Below are positions 1-14,012 of a stretch of 64,000 nucleotides of DNA, piece after piece. The notes under the pieces were generated by a model. The model was not told the origin of the DNA. It made no database searches and worked only from the letters and a program-made list of their open reading frames with translations. Every line of letters begins with the position of its first letter. Within the stretch, counting starts at the first letter, position 1. This DNA is from Geosiphon pyriformis uo1 (Eukaryota > Fungi > Glomeromycota), in the NCBI GenBank assembly GCA_016748015.1, contig JAAOMT010000512.1, forward strand, positions 124,001 to 188,000, in the 5' to 3' direction. The position numbers and the translations under genes were made by a program.

Positions 1-610
1 ATCTACTTGTCTCTCATCTGGCTAAGTGGTATGCTGTATTTGGTTTGGGTTTCTTTTTGTCTTAGATTTCACAAGTGCTTTCTTTGTGTACATCTGATGA
101 TGTATTATACACTATTTTGAACAAAGGCTTTTTGTTTAGAAATTGGTAATTAGAGGCTGTTTCTGTTTTAGATGATGCAAAATTTGCAAAAAGGGTTATT
201 ATTGACTTTGTTTGGGGTTTTTGTACTACTTATCATGTTAACATATGATTAGTTAGAGCCAAATATAAAGTCTTTATGGAGAAAGGTGGTTTAGTTTCTT
301 ATGATGATACTGTTTTTCTTGTAACTTGAGGTCTGTCATCTTTGCTCTTGACTGGAATAGTTAGGTTGTTTGGAGTTGCTGAGGTTCTTGGCATTTGTTT
401 TGGTTTTTGTAAACCATGCTGTTTTTTTTCTGGTGTTGATAATGTAGTGTCTGTTATAATAGATTTGTAATATTGCTCTGATCAGTTTGAGTGGCTGGTC
501 ATGTGTAAAAAATGCATAATTTGTGTCTAGTTTAGATCACTTAGTTTGATGTATTGTGTTAGATAACATTTGGGCCTCATTTATTAAATGTTAATAATAA
601 AAAATAAAAA
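1..610 (+). mobile_element. 3' end of a degenerate LINE (ORF2 C-terminus plus 3' UTR and A-rich tail)
   Basis: The degenerate translation KGFLFRNW...LVRAKYKVFMEKGGLV...GIVRLFGVAEVLGICFGF ends at a stop near 470 and parallels the C-terminus of the LINE at 2516-2956 (-). It is followed by a tail (gctggtcatgtgtaaaaaatgcat...ttgggcctcatttattaa) shared with other elements here, then an A-rich run. Confidence 0.7.
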
Positions 611-1299
611 ATAAAAAATTGAACATAAAAATAACTCAAAAAATAATAATAATTTAAATAACTTTATAAAATAAATTATAATATAATTAAATAATTATAT
701 AAAAAAATTATTAAAGTTTTTTAATTTAAAAAATTAATTAAAAATGGCTAAAAAAGTTAGAAAAAACAATTTCTAATAACATATTATTTTTATTACTTAA
801 GACAACAATTAAATATCCAAAAAATATTTAAAAAAATAATAATACAATAAATAAAACATATTATTAGAAAAAACAACTTAATAATTTACTTAAAAATAAT
901 ATACTAAATATATTTAATATTTTACAAATACAATAAAATATTATTACATTTAATTATAAAAATATTAACAATAAACCAACTGAAAAAAATAATTAATTTA
1001 TAATTTAAAAAACTGAAAACAGAAAATTTTAATATTATAATAAAAAAAAGTACTTAAATTTATTTATTTAAAAATCTAATAAATTTTGTTAAAACTTAAT
1101 ATTAAAAAAAATTTATTATTACTTATAAAATAAAACAAAAAAATAATAATAAATAAAAACATAATATATTTAACTAATAATATAGTATAAATTATTTAAG
1201 TAAATAATATTAACAATTTCAAGAATATTAACAAAAATACTAAAAAATTTAGCAATAATTTAAGAAAAATTTAAAAATTACTAAAAATTCCAGGTATTT

Positions 1300-1900
1300 T
1301 TTTTTATAAAAATTTATGTATTTATAATAATAACTGTAAAAACAAAAAAAAACAAACAATTTTAATTCAACTTTTATTAAGTAATTTTAATAGTTAACAA
1401 TCTAATATTTAAAATAAATACTTATTTAAATTAATTTTATTATTTAAATTATTTAATATTTTATATTTATAAATTTATATTTATCTTGTTAAAATTTCAA
1501 GTTAATACTAATAGTATTAATACAATATTATTAACAATATTAAAACAAATACTCTTAATTATTATTATTAATAAAATATTAATTTCTATTTTTATTATTT
1601 TTAATTTTTTAAGTTTTGTTTTTTGTTTATTAATTGGTTAAAAAAAAGTACTAAAATTATAATATCAAAAATTATCTAATAAAAAATACAAAAAATAATA
1701 TAAAAATAATCAAAAAACTAAAATTTTTTATTAAAAAGATAAAAAACATTAGAATAAACTAATTACTATATTAAAAAAATTAATTAAATATTATTTACTA
1801 TTATTATTAAATTTTTGTTTATTATACAAAAAACTCAATTATAAAAATTTTTAAATATTCCAAAACTTTCAGATTATAATTAAAATTAAAAAGACTAACT
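1300..1900 (+). mobile_element. Highly degraded LTR remnant of the family at 44-48 kb
   Basis: tgtttattatacaaaaaact (~1817) recurs in the LTRs at ~45078 and ~47797, and the downstream ttccaaaa(a)cttt resembles ~47833. Boundaries are approximate. Confidence 0.45.
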
Positions 1901-1949
1901 TATAGAATAATATACTAATTCATAATTTATAATAACATAAAACTGGTTT

Positions 1950-2367
1950 AATTTTTTACTTAATTTGTTTTAGTTATAAATTTAATATTAATACAATATT
2001 TAAAAAATTGTTGATTTTATACAAAAAAAAATCATAATAAATTTATTACAGCAAAAAAAGAAAAATTTTATTTTAAATTAAACTATTATGAATTTTAAAT
2101 TATCTGTTAATTCAAAATTAATTATAATATAATTAACTCTGTTATTATAAATTCTATTAAAAAACTTAATAAATCTGCTATATATTTTAATTCTATGCAA
2201 ACTGGTTTAAAAATAAAACCAATTAACTAAATTATATGTTTTGTATATATTTTATAAAAACAATTATAATTTTTGGTTTTTTTTAAAGTATTTTTACAAT
2301 TAATTTTACTGCAAAAATTGGTAAAAATAAAGATATATTTTTTAATATTAAAAATTTTTTCTTTTAA
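1950..2367 (-). mobile_element. Old LINE RT relic, downstream half (interrupted by the LINE at 2376-5587)
   Basis: The minus strand reads as G-to-A/C-to-T-degraded PIFAV...L.K..LWL.LQD..KAYDSV.W...SL.RIK..SRFI.FF, the same RT segment as in the younger LINE. Confidence 0.6.
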
Positions 2368-2375
2368 AATACATT

Positions 2376-5300
2376 TTATTATTATTATTATTATTATTAT
2401 TAACAAGTACAGCCCAATCACTACCTAAGTACATAAAATCAAATAAGATTCTAAATTAAGCATGGCTCATGCCTTTTCTACATGTGACCAGATATTCGGC
2501 TCAATTAAGGCAGCACTACACACTTACAGAATCTGTTAAAAGAATATTATACAAGGAACCGAACTCCAATCCAGCAAGATAGAGACACAAACCAAAACTT
2601 ACATAAATACCCAATCTGATACCAAAACTATGGACAACATCAACAGCCCAGACATCTAACAAACCAGCAACTGAAAGCACCACAGATCTATCCTGTGGTA
2701 GGAGATTGTGCTTCTCATAAAAGGCCTTCAATTTGGCTGCAGACAACTATACACTCAATTTATGACTTTCTACAAGACTGCAAACCAACTTGACAATTAT
2801 ATGGCCACCAGAATCAGAGCCAAGGCACTGAATAGCATCAGCAGTCCAGCTTTTCAACACAAATCTCTTGGCCAACAACATATATAATTCACTAAATAAC
2901 TTAGCTTCATGCAGAAAATGTTCTATTCTACTCTCCACAATGGATTCACCAGCCATCTCACCCTATATTTTGCTAATATACAATAGTATAGATTTTTTGG
3001 TATTGTCGTCATACTTACACAGAAATATGTGATCAGAGTCCTTAACTATTCTACACCTGATGCATCTCACACTAGGATATCTGGGATTGTACAGCTTTTT
3101 CTTCACAGCAACTGGCAAGTGGTAATACAGAGATTTCATAAGATAAGACCACCAGAGTAGCCGAAAATGAATTGGTATAACTGAAGCAGATTCTACCATC
3201 AGAGTGCCAAACACTAAACAACTTGGGCATGTCAACATCATCAGCAACATCAACATCAATGATGCTGGCACCACAACCAGATTCTCAACTGACAAAATTG
3301 ATGGCATCAAATAAACCTTTGACAAAATGACATGCATTCTCAGAAACAGGCCTGTTTTCAATCCTAAGAAAACAAAATAGTACATCCAAGGCCAGTATAG
3401 ATTCAGATAGAACTGCCACATTAGCAAAAAAATCTGCTCGGTCATTTTTGACAATGCTTGAATGTCCTTTGACTTTCTTCCACATGACTGACAGATTCTT
3501 TTTTGAAACAACTTGATGAATATACTCTTTCTCAATCCAACATTTGTGGCAAAAATCAGGACTAGAGACACCCATATCAAACTTACATATATCCAGTACT
3601 GCTTAACTGTCTGTGAATAATATAATCATACTAGAGACAAGTATACACTTTAATGCCAAAGTGATGGCTTGCAGCTCTACTAGTGTTGAGGACAATAGGC
3701 CAGAAACTTTCACACCAATACTAACATTGGCTTTAGGAAAATAAGCAGCAGTGCCACCATAGGCACCAATAGAACCCAAACTCTTAACAAACCCATCAGT
3801 ATAAACTACAATGGATCCACACTTAAAGGCCACCAACTGCTCAGAAACAAAACTAACGTTATAAGAGAAATTGGCAGGAATAGAACAAGGCACCACAGAC
3901 ACTCCATTGCCCAAACCACCAGTTTCAACAAAATTAGTAACAGACACAAATCAGATAGGAATCAAACCTCTTGGGTCGAGTCTCTTCTATCTAAGAAAAG
4001 TGTTCCAAGTGAAGCACACACCATAATAATTCAACAGTTGGTTGGCAAAAATAAGGCCATATTTTCTAAGAAAATTCTTAATACTCAGATAACTATTCAG
4101 GCCCAGTATATTCAAGATTAACACACCTTTTCCAGCCCAAAAAACATTAAAAAAAGCACCACCCAAAGAGATCTTGCACAAAGCAAAAACATGTATAGCA
4201 CCAGCTAAAAAACAATCCAAAGGACTGACAAGTAATATAACTGGAAAACAGAAAGAGTGTTGGAGCATTCAACTAGTAGCCTGTAAGTCCATTGCTCTGT
4301 GGTCAAAAAATTTGCCAAGAATCCTACTAATATTACTAAAATTGATCAGGTTGGCCAGCATACTCTCAGAAAGCACCTGTTTGAAACACTTCAGGCCATA
4401 CAGTTTAGGATAATACAGTGCTGCACTAAAAAAGTCTCTAGGCAAATTTGCTTTGAACTTAAGTCTTTTTTTCACAAAATTGTCCTATTTTTTACAAACA
4501 CTCCTAGATACAAAGCTAAATTAAAGTCTGTAACAAATGATAGGCTGCAAAACAGCAGAAACCAAATACAAAAATTGCTTCTCAATAATAGTCTTTCTCA
4601 ATACCACATTCAAAAAAAATTTTACATCATTATAGACTTTGGCTAAACTTGGCTTAGAAAAATCCTTAGTTGACAATAAAATTCTCAAATAATAATGAGA
4701 TTTGCTTCTTTTGGCTACTGAAATTCCTGACTCACTGATGAAAAGTTTAGGCTTTTTAACACCTTGGTTGATGGGAATAGTGACAGTCTTCTCAGTATTT
4801 ATTGCAATGTTATTAATAGAAAAAAATTCATTGGCTATGTTCAGGATATTTTGCATTGCTGTTAAACAATTTTCAACCCAGATTGTGTCATTAACAAAAG
4901 CACCTGTGACAAAAAATAAGGTTCTGTCATTGTTGGGGTCAGGTTTTCCAGACTTAATATAAAATTTTGAACACATATGGTAGCCATATAATTGTTCATG
5001 CCTTTTGACTTCACAGAGCAGCAGGTCATAGAAGATATACTATAGCAGTAGAGAAAATACTTCCCCTTGATCTAGGCTATCATGCACAATGTAATTATCA
5101 GACAAACCAAAATTTATCATGACTTGATTGTATCTACTATTGTGAATACTACCAAAGAAATTAATGAAACAGGAACACATTTTGATCCTGACCAGACTAT
5201 TGAGCAATGAAACCACCTAATAGAATCATAGGCCTTGTACATATCCTAAAGCACCAACTATAATTCTCTGTTTTTCTCTAAAGCATTTTTGATAATCAAG

Positions 5301-5587
5301 CCAATAGCAAAAATAGAAAATTGTGTAGAAGTGCTTTTTAACACTAAGAAATTGTTGCCATGCAAAACGTTGAACTTGCTGCAAGCCAAAGATATTCTGT
5401 TCGAAAGAATTTTAGACAAGATTTTTCAGGCAGTTTCAATCAGCGCTATCAGCTTAGTATTGGTGAGAGTGTCTTCTCAATCATAAGGTTTAGGAATTAT
5501 GGAAACTCAGAATCTCTTTTATTGTGTAGAAACTCCCTCCAGATATTAAACATCTATTGAAAATGCACAAAAGACTATTGAGAACCG
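2376..5587 (-). mobile_element. 5'-truncated LINE retrotransposon, pseudogenised ORF2 (RT - RNase H - CCHC finger), (TAA)n tail, 8-bp TSD
   Basis: RT segments (LIALIETA.KILSKILSNRIS; DQGEVFS; FVND as a degraded DD box), RNase H (VVYTDG...STLVELQAI...VKGHS...NDRAD) and CIRC-x7-HIFLC are visible. A (TAA)n tail lies at 2376-2402. AATACATT is duplicated at 2368-2375 and 5588-5595. Many stops. Confidence 0.9.
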
Positions 5588-5595
5588 AATACATT

Positions 5596-5930
5596 AAATT
5601 TATTATAAGCAATTAATATTTAATTAAATAATATTTTTAACAAAACTTTTTAATAGTTTTAATAAATATAATTAGATAAATATTAAACAAAATTTTTTTT
5701 TAATTATAAAATTTTAAGATTATTAATATTTAAATATTTTTTATTAAATAAGAACAGATTTTAAAATCAAGCAAAATTTTAATAAAACCAAAAACAAATT
5801 AATAATATATTTATTATAATATTTTTAAAACTTATTTAAAATACCAAATAAATTTATAGTTTTTTTTATTAAAAAAAGTTTTTATTATTTTCAAAAGCTT
5901 ATTTAATTTAATTTTATCTATAATTATAAC
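5596..5930 (-). mobile_element. Old LINE RT relic, upstream half
   Basis: The minus strand reads as degraded G.SNE.WK...LL..CL...SV....IPK....I.LIET..K..KIL...I..A..KFNV and joins the 1950-2367 relic across the TSD. Confidence 0.6.
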
Positions 5931-6826
5931 AAAAATATTATTATTTAAACTTTAATAAAGTTTGATTTTAAGAAAAAAATTAAATTATTAAATAAAAATT
6001 AAATTATTAAAAACATAAAATTACTTTTATGTTTTTTGTTATTAAGTAATATATATTATTAATTTACATTTTATTATCTATTATTTTACCAAATTATTAA
6101 TTATTTAATTAAAATATTTTTTGTATTAACTAAAATTAGACTTTTTAGAATATAATAATATAAAAATATATATATAAATAAAATAATTCAATGATTTTTT
6201 GTTTTTTTCTTTATTTTTTTAATTTGTTTATGTTTTTTGTATTTGGTTTTTGATTTTTTTTTTTACAGATTGTAAATACTATTATTTAGTATAAATTTAA
6301 TTTTTTTATAAATTATTTTTAAAGTTTTAACCAATAATTTTTTTGTTAAATATGTAAAATATTTTAATAATTTTTAATAAAAGTCTATATTAACTTTATT
6401 TATATTTTTTTAAATAATAGTTAATTTAATATTAAATATAATAAACAAAATTGTTTTTTACTAAGTTTTTCTGTAATAATTACAAAAAATACATTAATTA
6501 TATTTATTTTAAAATTAATTTATAATATATATTATAATAGATAATAATTGAAATTTATTTATTAAATAATTAAATTAAATAATTAAATAATTAAATAAAA
6601 TTTAATTAAATATATATTATTTTAAATAAATAAACACATTATTATTTACTATTAAATTAAAAAATTAATTGATAAAACAAATAATATTAAAAATGTGTTT
6701 TATAATATTTTTAAATTATTTGAATTTTTACATGAATTGCCTAAATTTTAATTATTAAAAATTTCAGATTTAATGCATATAATTTACATACAACATTTAT
6801 AAATGAATGCTAATTTTGTTTAAGAT

Positions 6827-6882
<56 letters not shown>
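6827..6882. repeat. (TAA)n microsatellite
   Basis: Pure TAA run. Confidence 0.95.
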
Positions 6883-6884
<2 letters not shown>

Positions 6885-8952
6885 TATTTAAAAATAAATA
6901 ATTATTAGATAACTAAAAATAATTAAATAATAAATAATAAATAATAAATAATTGAATAAATATGATAAAATCATAAAAAATAGATATCAATATTTTTATT
7001 GAAATCGAAAAAATTCCCAAATTTTCTGGATTTTTATTTTAAAAAAAAATTCTAGAATCCTGAATATTGAAAAAAAAACACAACCAATTAACCAACTAAC
7101 CAAATAATCAATCAAGTAATTCTAAATAGAACTAAGAAGAATTATTAAATCGATTTCAATTATAATAAGGCTTGTTCTGGCCCTTTTTATTTTCACAACA
7201 AATAATTGTAATAGATTTCAATATTCATTTTCCTCATCGTATCTTTCGAAAAATATTCAACGGGGAAACGATTTCGCAAATAAAATGATTAAGGGGGTTA
7301 AAAAAGATAGTATCTGGGCCTCAAAAAAAAAATTTGCCCAAGATTTTTGTGTTTAAGGTTTTTTTTTTTTTTTTTTTAACAAAAAAAAGTTGTATCGAGG
7401 CAAACTAGGAAATCGATGATTCTTTAAGACTGAATATTTTTAGCTTAGAATTTATATAAAGGATGAAGTGTTTTTTCTAGCAATAAAATTATTCAAAAGT
7501 TTTTTATCACAGGATTTGACAGATTTTAACAAAGCTAAGCTTTATTAAATTTGGGGCAAGCAAAAAGAAATGGGTATGCATGATTATCTTGGCATATCTT
7601 CACAACCTATCGTTGGCATGGTTAATTTGATCTAGTTAGAAAAAGATTACAGATAATTTCGACTATACCACAAACCGTACAAGATCTTCAATAATGATGG
7701 AGATTTCGTAAGCTGACTTAACCTGTGAAGTAAACGTAAAAGGTTTAGATTAGATTTTTTTAACGCCCATATGGTGACAGAAAATGAGATCATATAAGGT
7801 GTATAAGGAAAAAATGGAAGTTTATAGATAATTTAAGGAAAGTTCAAGGAACAAGAAAATTATTATTATTATTATTTATATTTTTATTATTAATCAATTA
7901 CATGTACGATCATTAACAATATTAAATATTTTTAGCCAATGAAAAAAAGGCGAGATGCAAAAGTATCATATTTAATATAGGAAAAAGATTTTTTTTTTTT
8001 GAATTTGAATTCAGTTTTTGATTTAAATTTGCTCAGGACCAATATTATTTGAAAAAAAAAATTTATTTTTTATTTTTTTGATAGCAGAAAAATCTTTCAA
8101 AAAAAAAAAAGAAAAGAAAAGAAAAAGAAAAAGAAAAAGAAAAAGAAAAAGAAAAAGAAAAAAGAAAAAAGAAAAAATTAAAATATCCATGAATTAAAAA
8201 CAATCAAGAACTTTTAATTTCAAAGGCGTCATAAAAATGTGATCAAGTGGATGGATGGATGGATGGATGGATTTGCGAAGAGATTTCAAATCATAAAGGT
8301 TCTTTTGCATATATATATAAATGTATATATTTTTTAAGAATCATCTTTAAAAATCAAAAGGGAAATCCTTTTGATACGTATGATTACATGTTATATCATG
8401 AAATAATATTTTAATAAATTTAATAAATTTTATTTTTTATTTAATGGATTAATTTTTTTGATTCGTTATCCTAATTAAACGATCTTGATAGCTTTCTCGT
8501 TCAATTCACAGCCATTAATATGATAAGCTCATTTTGTTGTAACTTGGTAGTATAAATAAGGGTGTTTAACAATAGGCTTCTATTCATTCATTCAATGAGG
8601 TTTCAAGGTTTTAATGAAAGATGATATAATTGATGATGGGTGAGACAAAGAAAATAATGATGGGTGAAACAAAGAAAATGATGACTAAAAATAGTTTGAG
8701 AAAAAAGTGATTAAATAAATTTCAATGGTGAGAGAGAAGTGTCAAAAAGTTGAAAAAAGATTAAAGGGTGAAATGGTGAAACTTTAAAAAAAAAAAAAAA
8801 AAAAAATTTGATCGTTTGTTTACACTCTAGAAAACCAAAAACAACATGGTTTTTCAAAGAGCGGAAAAATAAAACATCTCGTTTATTTCGCTAATTTTTA
8901 TTATAAATTGAATTATTATTATTATTAAAGTTTGAAATATAACACATGATGA

Positions 8953-9030
8953 TTAGAATTAGAATTAGAATTAGAATTAGAATTACAATTAGAATTACAA
9001 TTACAATTAAAATTACAATTACAATTACAA
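8953..9030. repeat. (TTAGAA)n grading into (TTACAA)n hexamer repeat
   Basis: Read directly from the sequence. Confidence 0.9.
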
Positions 9031-9242
9031 TTGAAAATTGAAAATTGAATTTAAATTTAAATTAATCCCAATTAGGATTATTGTAGACTTTCGTAAACCA
9101 GTTTTTGGGAAAAAAGAAAAATTTACAACGGTGTCATGGGATGTTTTTTTAGCTAATATATTGGTTTTTTAAACCGGTAAACAAACAAACTTTGTGTTCA
9201 TTGTTCGACGAGAATCCTGTTCTGTTAATGGGTTTGTAGTTG

Positions 9243-9296
<54 letters not shown>

Positions 9297-9350
9297 ATAG
9301 TAGTGATAGTAGTGGTCGTAATAATAGTTATAGTGATTAGTGGTAGTAGT
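9243..9350. repeat. (GTA)n microsatellite with degenerate extension
   Basis: Read directly; it produces the spurious poly-V and poly-T ORFs. Confidence 0.95.
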
Positions 9351-9791
9351 TGTTTCGATTGGGTTGAAATTAAAGAAATCAATTACGATGATCAAAATTT
9401 TTCTTTTTTAAAAGTCCTATCTAAACAAGTTTTAATGATTTAAAAAATCTGTTTTTCCCTAATAAGTTAACTAAAATTTTTTTTTTGATTAGGTAAAAAG
9501 ATTCAATACAAACAAAATGATTACCAAATCATGGTATCAATTCGGAACCTTATTAGGAAATCATAATTTTACACAAATTTTACCAAATCTTGCATGAATG
9601 ACACATTTAATCAATATAGCCAAGCATAGCATTTTTGATAAATAATATCACATCATTTTTTTTAATAAACGTCTGGTATGATAAAAAAATTTTTATTGAG
9701 CAATGATAATTTGCCAATTGAATCATATGAAAAACGAAAATATTTGTTGTCTAGAAAAAATAATAGAAAAAAAGGTTCATATTATTTTTTC

Positions 9792-9943
9792 TACCCACCC
9801 TACCCTAACCCTAACCCTAACCCTAACCCTAACCCTAACCTACCCTACCCTACCCTACCCTACCCTACCCTATCCTACCCTACCCTACCCTATCCTACCC
9901 TACCCTACCCTACCCTACCCTACCTTACCTTACCTTACCCTAA
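9792..9943 (+). repeat. Interstitial telomere-like (CCCTAA)6 embedded in a (CCCTA)n array
   Basis: Six perfect CCCTAA units at 9803-9838, followed by about 20 CCCTA/CCTTA pentamers. Confidence 0.9.
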
Positions 9944-10454
9944 ACAACTCCCTAAAAACAGAACAAGAAAAATTTTTTAATTTATTATGTTTCTTCTTTG
10001 AACAACTATTAGAAATCGTTTTTATTGAAAGTTCCAGACCAACTAATTTAAATTAATTAATTAAATAAATGTTCTACCGAATATATATATATATTTATAA
10101 ATGGTTTTACCCATTTTGAGAATTCTTGATAATGATCATCATGATGATCATGATGACATGTGTACCACCTTTTGTGTTTTCTTGTCCTGTCCTACTAAAA
10201 CTCCAATACCTATAACCTATAACCTGTAACCTGGTAACCTGTAACCTGTCAGGGTTGTGAAAAACAAATATTACGAGTGGGTCTCGCGGACAATAACAAA
10301 TAACAATTAAAATAAATTAAGCGAGGTCGCTCTGTTTTAAAATCCGGGATTTGTAAAACGTAAAGTGAATGTGAATGTGATATTTAACGTTTTAACCCTC
10401 GATTATTATTATACAAAAATTTTAATCCTCGGTTTTTTTATTTTAGTATTTATG

Positions 10455-10496
10455 ATGATTATGATTATGATTATGGTTATTATGATTATGATTATG

Positions 10497-10572
<76 letters not shown>
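10455..10572. repeat. (ATTATG)n/(ATT)n microsatellite
   Basis: Read directly from the sequence. Confidence 0.95.
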
Positions 10573-10573
<1 letters not shown>

Positions 10574-10885
10574 GAGAGTTTTAAATTATCGATTTGTTCA
10601 ATTCATTGGTAATTTGTCTCGGCGAGTTCCCATCGGGAATATAAATTCTATGATTCTTTTTTCCCTATTCCTTTTTGCCAATCATTTTTAATGATGATAA
10701 TCAGCTGGGAATTCAAAGATCATATGGCCAAACATTTCCCTACCTCTGAAAAATGGTGAAATTCGCTAATAAGCGAACCCACATGTAGACTACCGTCATA
10801 CCCAATGAACGATTTTTTTAAAAAAATATTTTTCTTTTGTTTTTTTTTTGACTCAACGAATCTCGAGGTAAAGGTGAGATAAGGT

Positions 10886-10965
10886 AGGACAGGACAGGAC
10901 AGGACAGGACAGGACAGGACAGGACAGGATGGGATGGGATGGGACGGGACGGGACGGGACTGGAC
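10886..10965. repeat. Compound pentamer array (GGACA)n-(GGGAT)n-(GGGAC)n
   Basis: Read directly from the sequence. Confidence 0.9.
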
Positions 10966-11655
10966 TCAAATTAAATAAATATCAAGTTTCAGACCGGAAA
11001 TCAGAATTTCCTTTTAAAGAATTATCATTATCATATTAGGATCCAGAACTAATTAGTTCTATTAATTAAAAATTATTTATTGTCATCTTCGTTAAATACC
11101 CTTAACATTTTAAGGCTAGATCAAAAAAAAAAAAAAAGGCATTGCATTGTGTGGAATTTTTTTATTATTACCACTACTACCACTACTATTACTACTAACC
11201 ACTTTTTGTAATTGAACGATGGCGGTCCGGGTTAACTATAGTCCCAGATCGACCTTTAAGCTATTCTCATCATGCTGAATGACGAAATATTGAATAATGA
11301 ATTCATTAATTTTACTTTCTATTAATAATTAAAAAAAGGGATCAAATTGAAAACTTTTTATATATGCTGCACATTGTGCACAATTTTATGACGCGTGTCG
11401 CGAACAAATTTCAAATTTTATCATAACATAGAAACTTTGGTAATTTCATTATTATTTATTTTTTTTATTACTTTTAAATAATTTCTTTTCGAAATATTCA
11501 ATCCTGAAAAAATTAAAAAATCATTTTTTGAATTTTGCGTACCCCTTTAATCCATGCATCTTCTTTATTGACAATGATGAGAAAGAAACAACTCGGAATG
11601 CTACGATTTATTAATTTAAATGATTGGTTACTCTAAAAATTTCATTGTATATGTG

Positions 11656-11706
<51 letters not shown>

Positions 11707-13568
11707 TCTCAACAAATTACAATCCGACACGGCGGACATCATAAAATTAGCCTTTTTTTTTTTTGGGAATATAATTTTCTCTTTTAAATAGAAATAGGGT
11801 CAAGAAATAAATAAATAAATTCCTAGACCGAGACTCCATTTTTTTTATTTTATTTTTATTTATAATTGCGTCAACTGATGCAAAAGAAACTGTTACGCCG
11901 AGAATTCTTCCTCGTAGAATGGTCAGAAAAAAATATTGCGTATTTTGCATACTTGTTGTTTTTATATATCCTGACCAAAAGACGACTGGATTGTTTCAAA
12001 AATTTGGATTGTTATGTTCGAATGGTTTTTGCTTAAAGAGGAGGGGGGGATTTTTTGTACGTCGATCTGTAATTTCCTCTATAGTTCATTTTGGGACGAC
12101 TAAAAATCAAAATATTAGCCAATAGAGCTTTTGATCTCTTCAATTAAACTTTTTATAATGATAATGATAATGATAATGATAATGATAATGATAATGATGA
12201 ATTATCTAAATCCTTTTGGAATCAGAATTTTTAACTATATTTAAAATAAAAATTTATTTAGATTCTCCTGTTACACTAGTTTAGTAAAACGCTGTCTGTC
12301 TTTCGATCACAAAATCGCCTGAACGGTTTTTCCGAAAAATCTAAGCCCTCTATTCAATTGACAAAAATAATTTTTGATCCGTCATCATATGGTAATGATT
12401 TTGAAATTCAAAAATTCTTTGTTTAAACTGAAACTTCCCCGAGTGATAATTTGCTAGTTCAATGAGAGATCCTCAGAAGAGAGGTAGTGGGGGTACCTTT
12501 GACTTTTTCCGATTTTCTCAGCCTGAGAGAAAATGACAAAAAAAAAAGGGGGAAAAAAGAGAAAATCGATCAATTTAGAAGATGATGGAAGGTAACACGT
12601 GTCTAATTAATACTTTCAAATTCTTTAAATGATTCTAAAACAGTAGGAATTTGTGCTTTTTTGATTAAGCTCTTTAACAAAATAGTCGTTTTTTAAAAAA
12701 AAAATAAAAAAATACCAGAGTTAAAAAAGTACCAGAATTAAAAAAGATCAGAGACGGATGATGATGATCAAAAATTAAGCAAAAACGGTATCTTATGATC
12801 AACCAATAGTCCGATTTTTGACGTTTGTTTAACATGCCGTCCGAGGAAGTCTTGTTTACCATTCATGCACACACATGACATCATGTTTACGCCACGTTAA
12901 GAAGGAATAACAGTCAATCATGATGTCATGATTGGGTACACAATTTATATATTTCGGAAATTATTCAAAATAATTTTAAATAAAATGCTTTTTGACTTTG
13001 TGTATATATTTTTATTTCTTCACATCAAAAATCTCAAAAAAAAAAAAAAAAACCTGAGCTGGAATCTAAATGCTAGGGATAGACATGTTTAAAAAAGGGG
13101 ATTAGAAAATTTTTCATATATATATTTTAGTCCATAAAAATTATGACATAATCGAAAATTGATTTTAGTCGTTGGAATAATAAAAAGAGGGATTTATCAA
13201 ATTTCGGAAACTTGAGGAAATAATAACTTTGATTGCTGATAGTTGCTGGTAGTTGCTGATAGTTGCTGATAGGCGATACCTCTAACCACCACCACCACTA
13301 CCACCACAAATCCCCCTTAAGTGGTTAAAAAATAAAATAAAAAAAACCTTTTTTATATCATGTGTGTGTGAAAAACAATCCTATTACGGGTTAACTTTAA
13401 ATAAAAGTAAATTAAAACTTTTTTATTCAAGTTTTATTTGATTGCCGCGTGTTATTACTATATAAGAAAAAGAATTTTTTTTCCCGAACTTATTATTCGA
13501 AAATATATATATATATACAAAAAAAATTTTAAAATTTTATCATAAATTCGGTCCTTAAAAAAGAATGA

Positions 13569-13610
<42 letters not shown>

Positions 13611-14012
13611 TATTATTATTATCATTATTATAATAGTTTCGGTCTTTTTGGTCATCCTAATCATTATTGTAATTTATTGCTTTTTTTGTTTTGATAAAAA
13701 TTTTTGATCACTTTTTTGGAGATATGATTGATTAAGTTTTTAGTAAAATAATTCCGGCATCGATTCTTTCAAATATAAATATTTTTAATAAATTTTCATC
13801 ACAATTAATGTCTTTCGCTTTCAATGGTGGGTCAAGAATTTTTCATGTAATTTCCTAAAGTGTCACATCCCATCATTTGAACTAACATTAAATTTTTTAT
13901 CCACGTGCGTGTCAGAGAAATGAGTAATTTCTTTTTGTTTGGCGTAAAAACCTTGAACTCAAATTTTTGTGTGTTTCTTTTTCGCGTTTTCTTTTTTTTT
14001 TTTTTTTTTTTT

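Noticed and set aside
11221-11256. cgggttaactatag resembling an LSU rRNA or homing-endonuclease site
   Set aside because: Only a short imperfect match, with no flanking rRNA similarity.
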